A DNA stretch of 64,000 bases from Azolla caroliniana (GCA_043228905.1 JBHGNT010000014.1:3224001-3288000), one strand, 5' to 3'; shown: positions 1 to 11,770, counted from the stretch's first letter. The notes: generated by a model from the letters alone, not told the origin. Numbers and translations: made by a program.

Positions 1-752
1 GGAAAAGAACAGTGCCGACGAACAAACTCAGCGGAGGCCGATAGGCCGAGGCCGAAACGGTATGAGGAGTACCCAGCTACGGAGAGCCGGATGATACAGA
101 CCCGGTGTGAACCGGATGAGGAGTACCCGGCTACGGAGAGCCGGATGGTGCAGGCCCGGTATGAACCGGATGAGGAGTACCCGGCTACGGAGAGCCGGAT
201 GGTGCAGGCCTGGTATGAACCGGATGAGGAGTACTCGGCTACGGAGAGCTAGATGGTGCAGGCCCGTTATGAACCGGAGGAAGAGACATATTCGTAAATA
301 TGTTTCTGAGAGCCCATTGTGGCTATATTTGTAAATAGCCGAAAAGTCATATTAGTATAAATATGACTTAGGGCAAACTAATAATAATGTTGTTGTCATT
401 CTTCCTTGTTGGGGTAAGCAGAAGAGAGAGTGCGTAACTGTATAGAGAGAGAGAGAGAGACGAGGTCGTTGCCTCTGTTGTAACCGCCGCCTGTGGCGAA
501 GATTTGTGAGCATGAGGTCGGTGCCTCAGTGAACTCATTGTTTTGTACATTCATACATAGTGACAGTTTGTAGCCTGTGGGCTGCCGTGGTTTTTCCCCT
601 AGCTTGGGGTTTTCCACGTAAACCTCCTGTGTACCTCTTCTCTCCTTTTTTTCTGTGTCGCGTGTTTTTTTATTGTTTCCTGTTTTTCTATGTAAGTAAA
701 GACGCTCGGTTGTGGCCGAGCGTTGGACATAAGGAACGTTGGGTTCCCGTCA
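1..752 (+). mobile_element. 5' LTR (left end outside the window) of a Tnt1/Tork-like Ty1/copia element
   Basis: Ends ...CCCGTCA at 752, followed by a PBS and gag. Shares blocks (TATGTTTCTGAGAGCCCATTG, TATAAATATGAC-TAGGGCAAAC, GAGGTCGTTGCCTCTGT) with the copia D LTR at 11455-12029. Confidence 0.9.
56..279 (+). repeat. 54-bp tandem repeat (about 4 copies) in LTR U3
   Basis: Unit ACCGGATGAGGAGTACCCGGCTACGGAGAGCCGGATGGTGCAGGCCCGGTATGA recurs at 111, 165 and 219, with a degenerate copy at about 57. Confidence 0.9.
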
Positions 753-754
753 AG

Positions 755-766
755 TGGTATCAGAGC
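755..766 (+). promoter_or_regulatory. Primer-binding site, tRNA-iMet
   Basis: TGGTATCAGAGC, 2 nt after the LTR end. Confidence 0.95.
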
Positions 767-782
767 GAAATCGACACAGAAA

Positions 783-1448
783 ATGGACGAATCGTTTGGC
801 GGCATGTTCAAGCTCACCGGCTCCAACTATTCAGTGTGGAAGTCGAAGATGAGGGACATGCTCGTTGTTAAAGACCTCTGGCTGCCGGTTCAGTTCGGGG
901 ACAAGAGACCGGACAAAATCGACGCCGCGATATGGGAGGTGATGCACATGAAGACAATGGCGTACATACGGTGCTTCATCGACATGAGCCTGTACAACAA
1001 CTTCAATGAAGAGAGCAAGGCTCATGAGCTCTGGGAGAAGATCGGCATAATGTTTCAAAACAAAAATGCTGTTAATAAGGTTTCGGTATTCCGGAAGCTA
1101 GTAAGACTCCGGTACCAAGATGGCTCCAGCATGGCGGAGCATATGAATGCCTTCCAAGGGCTGATACACCAGGCAACGTCATTGGAAGTACCCCTTGCCG
1201 ATGAGGTATTAGCGTTACTCCTGCTCGGTTCCCTCCCAGATAGCTGTGAGACGTTGGTTGTCACTTTGGGCAACACCGGGCCGGAAGGAAAACGGTTATC
1301 CCTAGCAAGAGTAAAGTCGAGCTTGCTAGATGAGGAGCATCAGAAGGATAAAGATACGAGCTCCGACTCCAAAGCGCTCCTTACCGAATCGGAACGCGGA
1401 AGACATAGAAACCGTAGTCCCCAGAACCGGGAGAAGTCGGGGACACGG
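783..1448 (+). pseudogene. gag: copia gag (Retrotran_gag_2/UBN2-type), cut off by the gypsy A1 insertion
   Basis: KLTGSNYSVWKSKM ... LLLLGSLPDS.ETLVVTL. Colinear with copia D gag up to GGACACGG, where D continues TCAAAG and this copy switches to the A1 LTR. Confidence 0.9.
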
Positions 1449-2111
1449 TGTCGTGAAGAAAACCGTCCACAAGCGGAATCGGTGCACCAGAGCGTAGGAA
1501 CCGGCTCTTCATGCACGTGCGCCTTATGTTGTACATAGGAGATCCTAGGCGGGCAGATTCGGTAGGTAGGAAGTAAAGGGGAAAACGGCTCCTTCCCTGC
1601 CTATAAAAGGAGGGAGACGCGAAAGAGGAGGGCATCGCGGAGAGTCGAGGACGAAGTGCTGTCGGGTTGCGTGCGAAGGCTTCTCTCTCTCTCTCTCTCT
1701 CTCTTTCTGGTTGCAAACGCCATAGCTTCCTTCTGTGCAGGTTTCGGGAGGCCCGCGCTGCTCTGAGGAATGCCCGAGTGCTTCCGGCAGCACCTCCAAC
1801 CTACTCATTCCCCTCTGTGCGTTTACGAGCAAGTATCGGCATCTGTTCAGCGGCCTGTTCGGTTGTAACCGACTTCGTGTTTTGTTGTCTTCGTGTTCTT
1901 GTTGTTTGTCTTGTCAATACATACATACTTTCGTGTCTTTCTGTGTCGCTGTCCCACTCGCGTCTTTGCGTCGAAGGGCCATGTCCCTGTGAATCTACGC
2001 TCTCACGTAGTGGGTCTCTCTCTCTCTCTCTCTCTCTCTCTTACTCTTCGGTACAGGACCCCCGAGGTCCCGCCTCACCCCACGCATCCGCGAGGAATAC
2101 CTCGACATATT

Positions 2112-2128
2112 TGGTGAACCCGACGTGA
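2112..2128 (+). promoter_or_regulatory. Primer-binding site, tRNA-Trp
   Basis: TGGTGAACCCGACGTGA is the complement of the plant tRNA-Trp 3' end (TCACGTCGGGTTCA-CCA). The same PBS occurs at 12466-12482, 35988-36004 and 40584-40600 (-). Confidence 0.85.
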
Positions 2129-2151
2129 AAGAGGCGGCAGAAGAGCAGAAG

Positions 2152-4278
2152 ATGAGGGGGTCGGATCTTGCAGAGGCCATGGCTTCGGCCGTGGATCGGA
2201 TATTGAGCACACGCGAGGGCACCGGTGCCCTCGACAGAGCCATTGAGGCGGTCGTCGGTACGATCGGCCGTTTCAGCGGAAAGGATGCTACGAAGTATTT
2301 GGCGTCCTACGGGGCGGAAATGCTGATGCGGGACATTCCGGAAGAGAGGCGTCTTGCCGGGTTCCCTCGAGTGGCGATGCCGAGCATCCATGCGGAGGTG
2401 CTCGAGGTACGGGTGGAGAGCCGTACCTGGGAGGAGTTCGAAGGCCGACTCCTAGAGAAATATGGGCTGGACGACGCGCTCCGGCTTTCGAAACGGGACT
2501 TCATGGAATGGATGGAGCCCCCCGGCAAAGGAAGAAACGCGTCGGCACTCCTCCGGGAGTTCGAAGAACGCTTTGCGCGGCTTTCGGCGCTTGACCGAAC
2601 CATTCTGGATACGAGCCGGGTCCTACTGTTCGTCAAGTCGGTGGACGAGTGAGACCGGGATCAAGTCGGCTCCTTGCTGGAAACTGAAGAGGGGCTGACA
2701 ACCGACTAGGCTGCGGTTAAGAGAGTTTGTGGCCGTTTCGACAAACGGCGAGAATGGGCTGACAACAGGGCGGCCGGTGCGGGCTCTGTTACAGCAAGGA
2801 GGCTTGAACCGGCACCGCAAGTGCGAAGGGAAGAAACCCGGGAATGGCTCGAAACCGGTCCGGCTTCGACCAGCATGGTCAATGGCTCGTCCGGAGGAGC
2901 AGCGCTAGAGGAGTTGACGCGGGCGATAAAGGATCTCCAGATCGCCCAGACTCGAAGGGAAGGCGGCGAACCGGCTCGTGACCGACGGCCGGCAGCGGGG
3001 AACAGGTGCATGTGGTGCGACGAGGTCGGCCACATTCGGAAGGACTGTGGCGATTTCGCAGAGGCGTTGAGAAACCGGGTGGTGTACCTGTGGGAAGGCC
3101 GGGTGCACGCTGGCGACACCAGGAGGGCCCTGAGCTGAAACGACGGGCGAGGAGGTATGAAGAGACTGATGGAAGAGGCAGCGGCCCGACACGTGGAGGC
3201 CATCCACTACTCGGCGTCAGCCGGTGTTCAGGTCGGGGGCAGCGAGGCCCGAAAGGAGAGTAAAGACGGTTTCTGGTCGGCAATGCTGGAAGGCCTCGCC
3301 GGCGCGCGGCTAAGGAAAGATGAAACGGACCGCGCTGAGACACGGGTCCGGGAAATAACCAGGTGGAGCGATCCGGTCGAGGAGAAGACGGGCTTCATAG
3401 AAGCCGCTAGCCGGAACTACGAGGCTCTGGTAGAAGAAAAACGAGTGGGGAAATCCGGAGCGGCCGGGCCCTCACAACGGTACGAGACCCGATTCGGGCA
3501 ACGACGGAACGATGCCGGTGGGCCCGGCCCGCAAGATAACCCCAGGAAGGGTGGGTACCGACTGGGGACAGAAATAGAAAGGACTACGGACCTACGAAAG
3601 GTCCTAGAAGAACGGATCCTTGACAGCAAAGTGGAGCTGTCATTACGGGAGGTGCTAGGGATCGCCAAGAAGGAGTTCCACGACTCCATTGTAGACTTGG
3701 TGAAACGGAAGAGACTGTCGACGGAGACGGAACCGGAAAGACCGGTGGAGGTGCGGACGACGCACATCGACGACTCGGCGCTGGAAGATGAGTGGGCGGA
3801 GTGCCACTATTCGAGGCCACACTGGGCCCGAGCGACCACGGAGACCCCGGTAAAAATCGGAGGTGTTCAGGAACTGGTGGTGGCGTTGGTGGACCAAGGT
3901 TCGGAAATAAACTTAATGTCCATGGACTTCTATAAGAAGGGAAAGTGGCCGATCAACACCAGGCACGGGTGGAAGATACGGGCGGCGACGCACGCCACCG
4001 AGGAACTGCACGGGGCCTGCCCGAATGTGCGAGTAAAGATCGGCGACGTCGAGATTGACCAGCACTTCTTCGTACAGGAGACGTCCTCGCATTCGGTCAT
4101 ATTAGGGGAACCATACATCACGGCAGCTCGAATGGAGACCAAGGTGCTAGACAACGGTTCGGCCTACGCAAGGGTCAAAAGCCAGGACGGGCGCCATTCG
4201 GTCCAATTTCTGACCGTGAGACCGAATCACGAGAGGAACCGCGAATCCCTCGGTGGCGAGAACCGGGAGGATTTTTAG
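2152..4278 (+). pseudogene. gag: A1 gag-protease ORF with in-frame stops
   Basis: ORFs 2125-2652, 2821-3138 and 3157-4278 are all in one frame. Zinc knuckle CMWCDEVGHIRKDC; aspartic protease ALVDQGSEIN...VILGEPY. Confidence 0.88.
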
Positions 4279-4335
4279 AGAGGGCTGCCAAGGCGTGGGG
4301 CCGAGACAATCCGGACACTCGGGAAAGACCCCACG
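4269..4335 (+). promoter_or_regulatory. Putative -1 ribosomal frameshift signal (G GAT TTT plus hairpin)
   Basis: Slippery heptamer immediately before the ORF1 stop. The -1 frame is open into pol. Downstream stems CGTGGGG/CCCCACG and CCGAG/CTCGG. Confidence 0.7.
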
Positions 4336-6202
4336 ACTGTACGATAGGTAGAAAATTTTGCTTCTCCAACAATGGAGGGTGTATGATAGTCGGCATCCTC
4401 GGCCGAGAAAAGACAAGGGCGGAAGTGCGACTTCGAGCGTGCGGAGTTCTCGGCCCGGACGAGGAAATCAGCGGAGCCGTGGAGACGGTCTCCTTCGACG
4501 ACACCTTGGGAATGCTGACGAAGGTAGCCGGAGAAGACCTTAACGAAGACCGGACGATACCGGTATGTTCCGAAGAGATGTACGAAGTCATCGCGAACTT
4601 CAGTCAGGGGCTCGGGTCGGATGGGACGGCCCGAGTTAGCACGAAGTACAAGACTGTGGACCGGAAGGTAAGGCCAGTCGCGGCACCCTTGCCGGAGGGC
4701 AGCGAGTCCCGAATCAGAGGGGTGGTGTCGGACCCCAGTTTACGAGACCCGGCCTGCATAGGACACACCTTCACCGACGGGACGCTCCGGGAGCTCAGGA
4801 TCGGTGGGGGCGGGTTCCTACTGCCTGCGGAGGAAGACCAGTTTCGGAAAATGCTCGGAAGGCACGGGAAAGCCTTCGCATTCTCGCCGGAAGAAATCGG
4901 GTGCGTAGACCCGACGATCGTGGAGCCGATGGTGATATTCACGGTACCACATGTACCGTGGAATCTCAAGCCGATTCCAGTACCGAGAGCTCACATCCCG
5001 AAGTTGATGGAGCTATTGAGGCAGAAAGTCGATATGGGTATTCTCGAACCATCGAGCACGCCATACTCGAACCAATGGTTTACCGTACCAAAGAAAAACG
5101 GAACATTGCGCTTCATTCAGGACCTGCAGCCGGTCAACAGAGTGACCATCCGGAACGCAGGAATCGGACCGACCATAGACGAGTTCGCGGAGACCATTCG
5201 CCGGAAGGTCAATTTACTCGGTCGGTGATCTGTACTCGGGGTACGACCAGTTCCAGCTAGCCGTGGAAAGCAGAGACATTACGACAATGCGAACTCCCCT
5301 CGGCCTAGTGCGAATGTGTACCCTGCCACAAGGAGGGACCAACTCGTTGGCCCACATGGTGAATGCAATGAACAAAGTACTGAGGGATTGCATCCCGGAC
5401 ATCACCATGCCGTTTCTAGACGACATCCCCATAAAGGGGTGCCCGGTGGAAGAGAAGGACGAGACACTCGGGCCGGACGGATGCCGGCGATTCGTAGCAA
5501 CACACATCGACGACTGCGAGAAGGTGCTACAAAGGCTAGAGGATGCGAGGCTCACCTTCTCCGGGGAGAAATCGGCCTTCGGGCAATCAGAAATCTTGGT
5601 GGTCGGGCATCTATGTGGACCATATGGCCGGAAGCCATCTCCGGCAAAGGTAGAAGCCATCTCCGCGATGAAGACCGACTGTAGCTCGGTTACGGAAGTT
5701 CGGAGGTTCCTGGGGGCATGCGCGTTCTACCACATATGGATCCCGCATTACGCCCACGTTGCAGAGCCACTATACGGGTTGCTGAAGAAGGGGCAAAGAT
5801 TCGAGTGGCGAGACGAGCACACGGGGTCGGTCCGGAAGCTGAAGGAGGCTCTTACGGCAGCACCGGCGCTCCGGAAGGCTGTCTACGAGAAGGGTACCCC
5901 GGTATACATAACGGTGGATACGAGCCCGACCGGGATCGGATGGGTCGTCAACCAAGAAGACGAGGACGGCACCCGGTTCCCGATCCGATTCGGCGCTAAG
6001 GTCCTCAGTGAGCGACAGCGAGGGTACGCCGAGGTTAAACGCGAACTCTGGGGTATCGTTTCGGCAGTAAAGGCGGACAAAGACTACCTGATCGGGACAG
6101 AAGTGATTATCGAGACGGATTGCCTGCCGATTCTCGGCATGGTTTCCGGATGCGCGACACCGGACCTGGCGATGCTCAGGTGGATAGCGTACATCAAGTC
6201 CC
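4272..6202 (+). pseudogene. pol: A1 pol (RT plus partial RNase H), one frameshift near 5195
   Basis: WFTVPKKNGTLRFIQDLQPVN, DLYSGYDQF, LPQGGTNS, PFLDDIPIKG, ITVDTSPTGIGWV, KRELWGIV, ETDCLP. Confidence 0.9.
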
Positions 6203-6222
6203 TGGATAGCGTACATCAAGTC

Positions 6223-6760
6223 TTCTTGCTCACTCCGTAACCGGGTCATTCGTTGGTCTAGTCATCCATTCCCCTCGCTGCGTTTGTGCAGGAATCATGG
6301 TCGCCAAAAACTGTGTTATCGTTAGGGGCCGGACAATGCCCTAACACAGGGTGTCCCTTTGAGACGCTTCACCAAACGGGTGTTGCGGTGAGATAAACTT
6401 AGACCGAACTATTTATGAAACCCTAATTGGTTACTAATCGGCAAGATCATTAGCACAATACCCGCGTAAGATGAATTACACTTAGCACAGAATGGTAATT
6501 AACACTGATTAAGATACAGAACAACAACACTCTATTAATTATCCACTAATTTATTACAAACAGATCGAGTCCTTTTATAGGTCACTGGATCTCGGTACAA
6601 ACCGATGCCAATGGCAACCGACTACGAACCGGTCCGGATCTAGATCGTCATACCGATTCCGGGTCCGTCCGTTCGCTTCTCAAAATCATAATAATTCTAT
6701 ATTAATTATTCTTTTCCTATTCTGGACTATATCCGGCTCTTAAGTCTTTGCCAGCCAACA
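6223..6760 (-). mobile_element. 5' LTR (about 6314-6760), PBS-like site and short leader of an Athila/Phygy/Selgy-like gypsy; remainder deleted
   Basis: The reverse complement is homologous to the LTR at 34495-34928 (GGACGGACC(C)GGAATCGGTATG; ACACCCTGTGTTAGG.CATTGTCCGGCCC). TGGCGACCATG follows at 6306-6296. Inserted into the RNase H of copia C. Confidence 0.8.
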
Positions 6761-7541
6761 TGCGCTTGTATTCTTCTTCTGTGTTCAACAATGTGACTAT
6801 CGGTTGCTTCTTACTGCTCCATGATACGGCTCCGTTGCCGAGGGAGAAGACTGATCCCAATGTAGATCGTCTGTCGGCATCAGTGTACCCTTCAAGGCGA
6901 ATTGGTGTGGCCGACTTGTAAAGGATGCCGAAGTCTATCGTCCCACTTACATAGCGTAATACTTGCTTAGCACAATCCAGGTGAATGTTTCGTGGTGTTT
7001 GCATAAACTGTCTAAGGAGGCCGACCGCATAGTTGAGGTCGAACCGAGTAATGGTGAGATAAATAAAGCTTTTGACTAGCTCATGATAGAAAGTCGGCTC
7101 ACATTCTTCTGTGCCAAAATTAGCATCTAGCTTTAGATTTCGATCGAGAGGGGTAGCAACGGGCTTACACTTTGTCATCCCAAACTTGAAGAGAAAATTG
7201 AGGATGTAGTGTCGTTGGGAGATCATGATGTTGTCAGGAGTCCGTATTACTTCTATACCCTTCTTCATGTCTTTCATTTCGAATCGAATGGAGAGTAGCT
7301 TTTTGATATGTTCTATATTTGTTAAGTGCTCTCCTCCAATGACCAAGTCATCCACATATATTATGATCAATACCTGTCGTGTCTGGAGTCACTCTGAATG
7401 AATAGAGAATTCTCGGACTTGGACATTTTAAAGCCAATTTGATGAAAATATTGGGTTATCTTCGAATGTCAGGCTTTAGGTGCTTGCGTGAGGCCATATA
7501 GAGGCTTTTTGAGTCGGTAGAAAACAGTCGGATGCGTACAT
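6761..7541 (-). pseudogene. pol: Copia C, RT C-terminal half and RNase H start
   Basis: RLKKPLYGLTQAPKA, IYVDDLVI, GYTDAD, AVSWSSKKQP. Confidence 0.9.
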
Positions 7542-7599
7542 TGTCGTGAAGGATGTGCTTCATGATACCAAAATGAACTTAAATATTGTATTCAATAAT

Positions 7600-7667
7600 A
7601 TTTTAGAGACTTAAACCAATAACCTCACACACCAAGTACGAAGTGCATACCACTACACCAGGTTATT
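7600..7667 (-). promoter_or_regulatory. tRNA-like (Pro-like) Pol III A-box/B-box module in the A2 5' LTR, antisense
   Basis: Minus strand reads TGGTGTAGTGGTATGCAC-TTCGTA CTTGGTG TGTGA-GGTTATT-GGTTTAAGTC. Confidence 0.7.
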
Positions 7668-7784
7668 ATTTTTATAATTATATTTCCATGATTGTACGTA
7701 CCCCATGTCTATTTTCATACATGAAAGCTCAAATGGGTGAGATGTCTACCATGCATCGCCAAATGGTGATAATGCATCACATGC

Positions 7785-10700
7785 ATTGTCCGCATATTCT
7801 CATCAATCTGGTATCAGAGCGAAACGACACAGAAAATGGAAGATTCATTCAGCAGCATGTTCAAGCTCACCAGCTCCAACTACTCAGTGTGGAAGTCAAA
7901 GATGAGGGACATGCTCGTGGTAAAGATCTTTGGTTGCCGGTTCAGTTCGGGGACAAGAGACCAGACAAGATCGATGCCACGACATGGGAGATGATGCACA
8001 TGAACACAACGGCATACATACGGTGCTTCATCGACATGAGTCTGTCAACAACTTCAATGAGGAGAGTAAGGCTCATGAGCACTGGGAGAAGATCGGCATT
8101 ATGTTCCAGAACAAAAATGTTGTTAATCGGGTTTTGGTATTCTGGAAGCTAGTGTGGCTCTGGTACCAAGATGGCTCCAGCATGGCGGAGCACATGAATG
8201 CCTTCCAGGGGCTGATTCACCAGGCAACATCGTTGGAAGTACCTCTCGCCGATGAGGTACTTGCTCTACTCCTGCTCGGTTCCCTCCCAGATAGTTGGGA
8301 GACGTTAGTTGTCACTTTGGGCAATGCAGGGCTGGAAGGAAAACATCTATCCCTAGCAAGAGTCAAGTCGAGCTTGCTAGATGAGGAGGCGCGTCAGAAA
8401 GACAAAGAGGCGATCTACGACTCCAAAGCGCTCCTTACCGAATTCGGAACGCGGAAGACAAAGGAACTGTAGTCCCTAGAACCGGGAAAAGTCGGGGACA
8501 CGGTCAAAGTCAAGGGGGAGGCCTACTTGCTTCTATTGCGGCAAGTCGGGACATCTCCAGAAGAACTGTCAGTATTTCCGGAAAGAAAAGGAAACCAACA
8601 GTACCAATTCGAAGCGGTCACCGGACCGAAATGGTAAAGACCGGAGGGGGCCGGACCGGAAGGGAACGAGGGAAATCGTGGCAAGTGAAGAGGAGTTGAT
8701 GCTCATCACCTAGGAGAGTGAGTTGAACCTTGCCGGTGACGAGACAACGTAGTTTGTCAATTCCGGAGCGTTGTTCCACCTGACCCCGGACTGGAAATGC
8801 TTCTTATCCTACATAGTCGGTAATCACGGTTGTGTCCGAATGGGGAATGAAGATACATGCCGAATTGTCGGCATAGGAGATGTGTGGCTGACAACACCAA
8901 CCGGATGCAAGTTGCTATTGAAGGATGTCTGACACGTTCGAGAGGTTCGATTGAACCTAATATCAGCCGGTCGGCTGGATGATGAAGGCTACACATGAAG
9001 TTCAGCAAAGGGAGCCTAATAGTGGCTCGGGCCCGGAAAGTCAACACATTATACCTTATGAATGCCCGGTTATGCCCGAAAGAAGTGAACGTTGGTTCCG
9101 ACACTACCAGTGAGCTGTGGCACAAGAGATTGTGTCCCATGAGTGAGAAGGAGATGAGGAGGCTTGTCGATGACAACCTCATTCCGGTGAAGAACGTGCA
9201 TCTCGAGAGGTGCACCGACTACCTGGCCGGTAAGCAAAACCGAACCTCCTTCCAATCAAGGCCACCGATGATATGTAATGCAACACTGGAGTTGGTGCAT
9301 ATTGATGTGTGTCAAGTGGACACGAAGTCACATGCCGGAGCGCAATACTTCGTGACGTTCATAGACGACCACAACCAGAAGTTGTGGGCCACACCGTTGA
9401 AGATGAAGGATCAGGTGTTATCCGTCTTCAAGGAGCTCCACGCAAGAGTGGAAAGAGAAACCGGCAGAAAGCTGAAGGCGGTTTGAGCAGATAACAGAGG
9501 AGAATACCGGGGGCAGTTCGAAGAGTATTGCCGCTCGAAGGGAATCCGGCTTGAATTTACCATGCCGAAGACGCCAGAACTAAATGGGTTGGCCGAGAGG
9601 ATGAATCGGACCATAATGGAGAGGGTCCGGAGTATGCTAGCACATGCAAAATTACCCAAGACGTTTTGCGTGGAGGCGTTGTCGACAACTACGTATGTGA
9701 TAAACAAATCACCCTTAGTGCCCTTGGACGGAGACACGCTGCAGAAAGTGTGGACCGGTAAGGAAGTGTCTTACCGGCACTTGAAGGTGTTCAAGTGTCT
9801 CACTTACGTGCATGTTGCTAAGGACCGGAGAGGAAAGTTGGATCCAAAGACCCGGCCTTGCATATTCCTCAGATACGGTGATGATTAGTTCGGCTATCGA
9901 GTGTGGAACCCCGTCGACTAGAAGGTGTTCCGGAGTCGAGATATTATCTTCATGGAGGACCAGACCCTTGCCGACTGGTAGTCGGAGAAGAAGATAATGA
10001 ACTCCAAGTCGACTAGTGAGGATCGATTCGATGAGATTCAAACCTACCCGGCTAAGAGCCGGTTGACACTCGAAGAATCGGTCGGTTACGAAGAGGAAAC
10101 CGAACCGTCCGAAGAAGAAGAAGAAGCAGAAACTGGAACCGGCGACCTCGAAGAGGAGATCTACATGCAGCAACCGGAGGGATTTGTGAAGAAAGGGAAG
10201 GAGCACCTGGTTTGCCGGTTGAAGAAGAGCCTCTACAGTTTGAAGCAAGCATGGACCTTGAGGTAGAGCAGTTAGACGTGAAGACGGTGTTCCTCCACGA
10301 CGACCTCGAAGAGGAGATCTACATGCAGCAACCGGAGGGATTTGTGAAGAAAGGGAAGGAGCACCTGGTTTGCCGGTTGAAGAAGAGCCTCTACGGTTTG
10401 AAGCAATGGTACCGAAAGTTTGACTCCTTCATGACCGATCAAGGGTACCACAAGACGCAGGCCGATCACTGCGTATTTGTGAAGAAATTCAATGGAGGAG
10501 ACTTCCTGATATTGCTCCTATATGTGGACGACATGTTGATCGTCGGACAGGACCAAGCGAAGATACGGATGCTGAAGAAGGCCCTTAACCGGACCTTCTC
10601 AATGAAAGACTTGGGTTCAGCAAGACAAATATTGGGGATGCATATCATCTAGGACCGGTCAAAGAAGCAATTGTGGCTGTCACAAGAGAAGTACATGACA

Positions 10701-11728
10701 AAGGTGCTTTTGCGGTTCAACATGTCAGATGCGAAACCGATCAAATCGACACTCCTGGAAAACTGTAGGTTATCCGGTAAGCAAAGCCCGAAGACGAAGG
10801 CAAAGAATGCGGATATTTTGAAGATACCATCTGCCTCTGCCGTCGGGAGCTTAATGTACGCAATGGTGTGTACCCGAACGGATATCAGATATGCAGTTGG
10901 AGTGGTGAGCTGGTTTATGAGCAATCCCGGCAAGCAGCAATGGAATGCAATAAAGTGGATACCCCAACTTGACGGTTTCACCGATTCGGACATGTCGGCT
11001 AATGCGGATACCAGCCGGTCAACATCCGGATATGTCATGACATATGCAAGGGGATTTGTTTTGTGGCAATCGAGGCTGGAGAAGACAGTTGCGTTGTCAA
11101 CCACGGAAGCGGAGTACATGGCAGTTGTGGAAGCCGGCAAGGAAATACTATGGATAAAGGACTTCATCGGAGAGCTAGGGATCTGGCAAGAGGAATACTG
11201 GCTCTATTGCGACAGTCAAAGTGCCATCCACCTTGTGACGAACACGGTGTATCATTCCAGGATGAAGCACATCCAACAGAGGTACCACTAGATCTGGGAG
11301 CGAGTGGAAGATCGAGAGTTCGTGCTGACGAAAATCCACACATAGGAGAACGGGTCAGATATGTTGACCAAGGTGTTGACACCCGATAATCTAGATGCAT
11401 GCCGGAAGCGGATTGGACTGACAAGGCATCCCATGCCAGAGTGAAGGGCGAGTTTGTTAGGATTTTGATCCCTCCGGGTGGGATATGTGTACCCGGCAAG
11501 GAAGACCCGGTGAGAACCGGATGATGAAGGCCCGGTGAGAACCTCTCATCGGATGAAGGGACATATAGATAAATATGTTTCTGAGAGCCCATTGGGGCTA
11601 TACTTGTAAATAGTCCTAATGTCATATTACTATAAATATGACCTAGGGCAAACACTGATAGTGATGTTGTCATTTATTTTGTATCGAGTTATTGGTGTAA
11701 CTGTTGTATAGAGCGTAGCAGAAGAGAA

Positions 11729-11770
<42 letters not shown>

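Larger units (their letters stand above)
1449..6202 (+). mobile_element. Ty3/gypsy element A1 (Trp-primed, Ylt1-like), 3'-truncated in RNase H
   Basis: LTR 1449-2107 (TGTCGTG...CGACA, TATA at about 1603, CT tracts), then PBS, gag-PR, RT and RH. Integrase and 3' LTR are missing. Confidence 0.92.

Noticed and set aside
2300-6250. Many overlapping antisense and alternate-frame ORFs in A1
   Set aside because: Expected from the high GC content. No recognisable motifs, and not conserved in A2 or B.
7600-7667. Functional tRNA genes at the LTR modules
   Set aside because: Acceptor stems and most anticodon arms do not pair well. Annotated as tRNA-like promoter modules rather than tRNAs.
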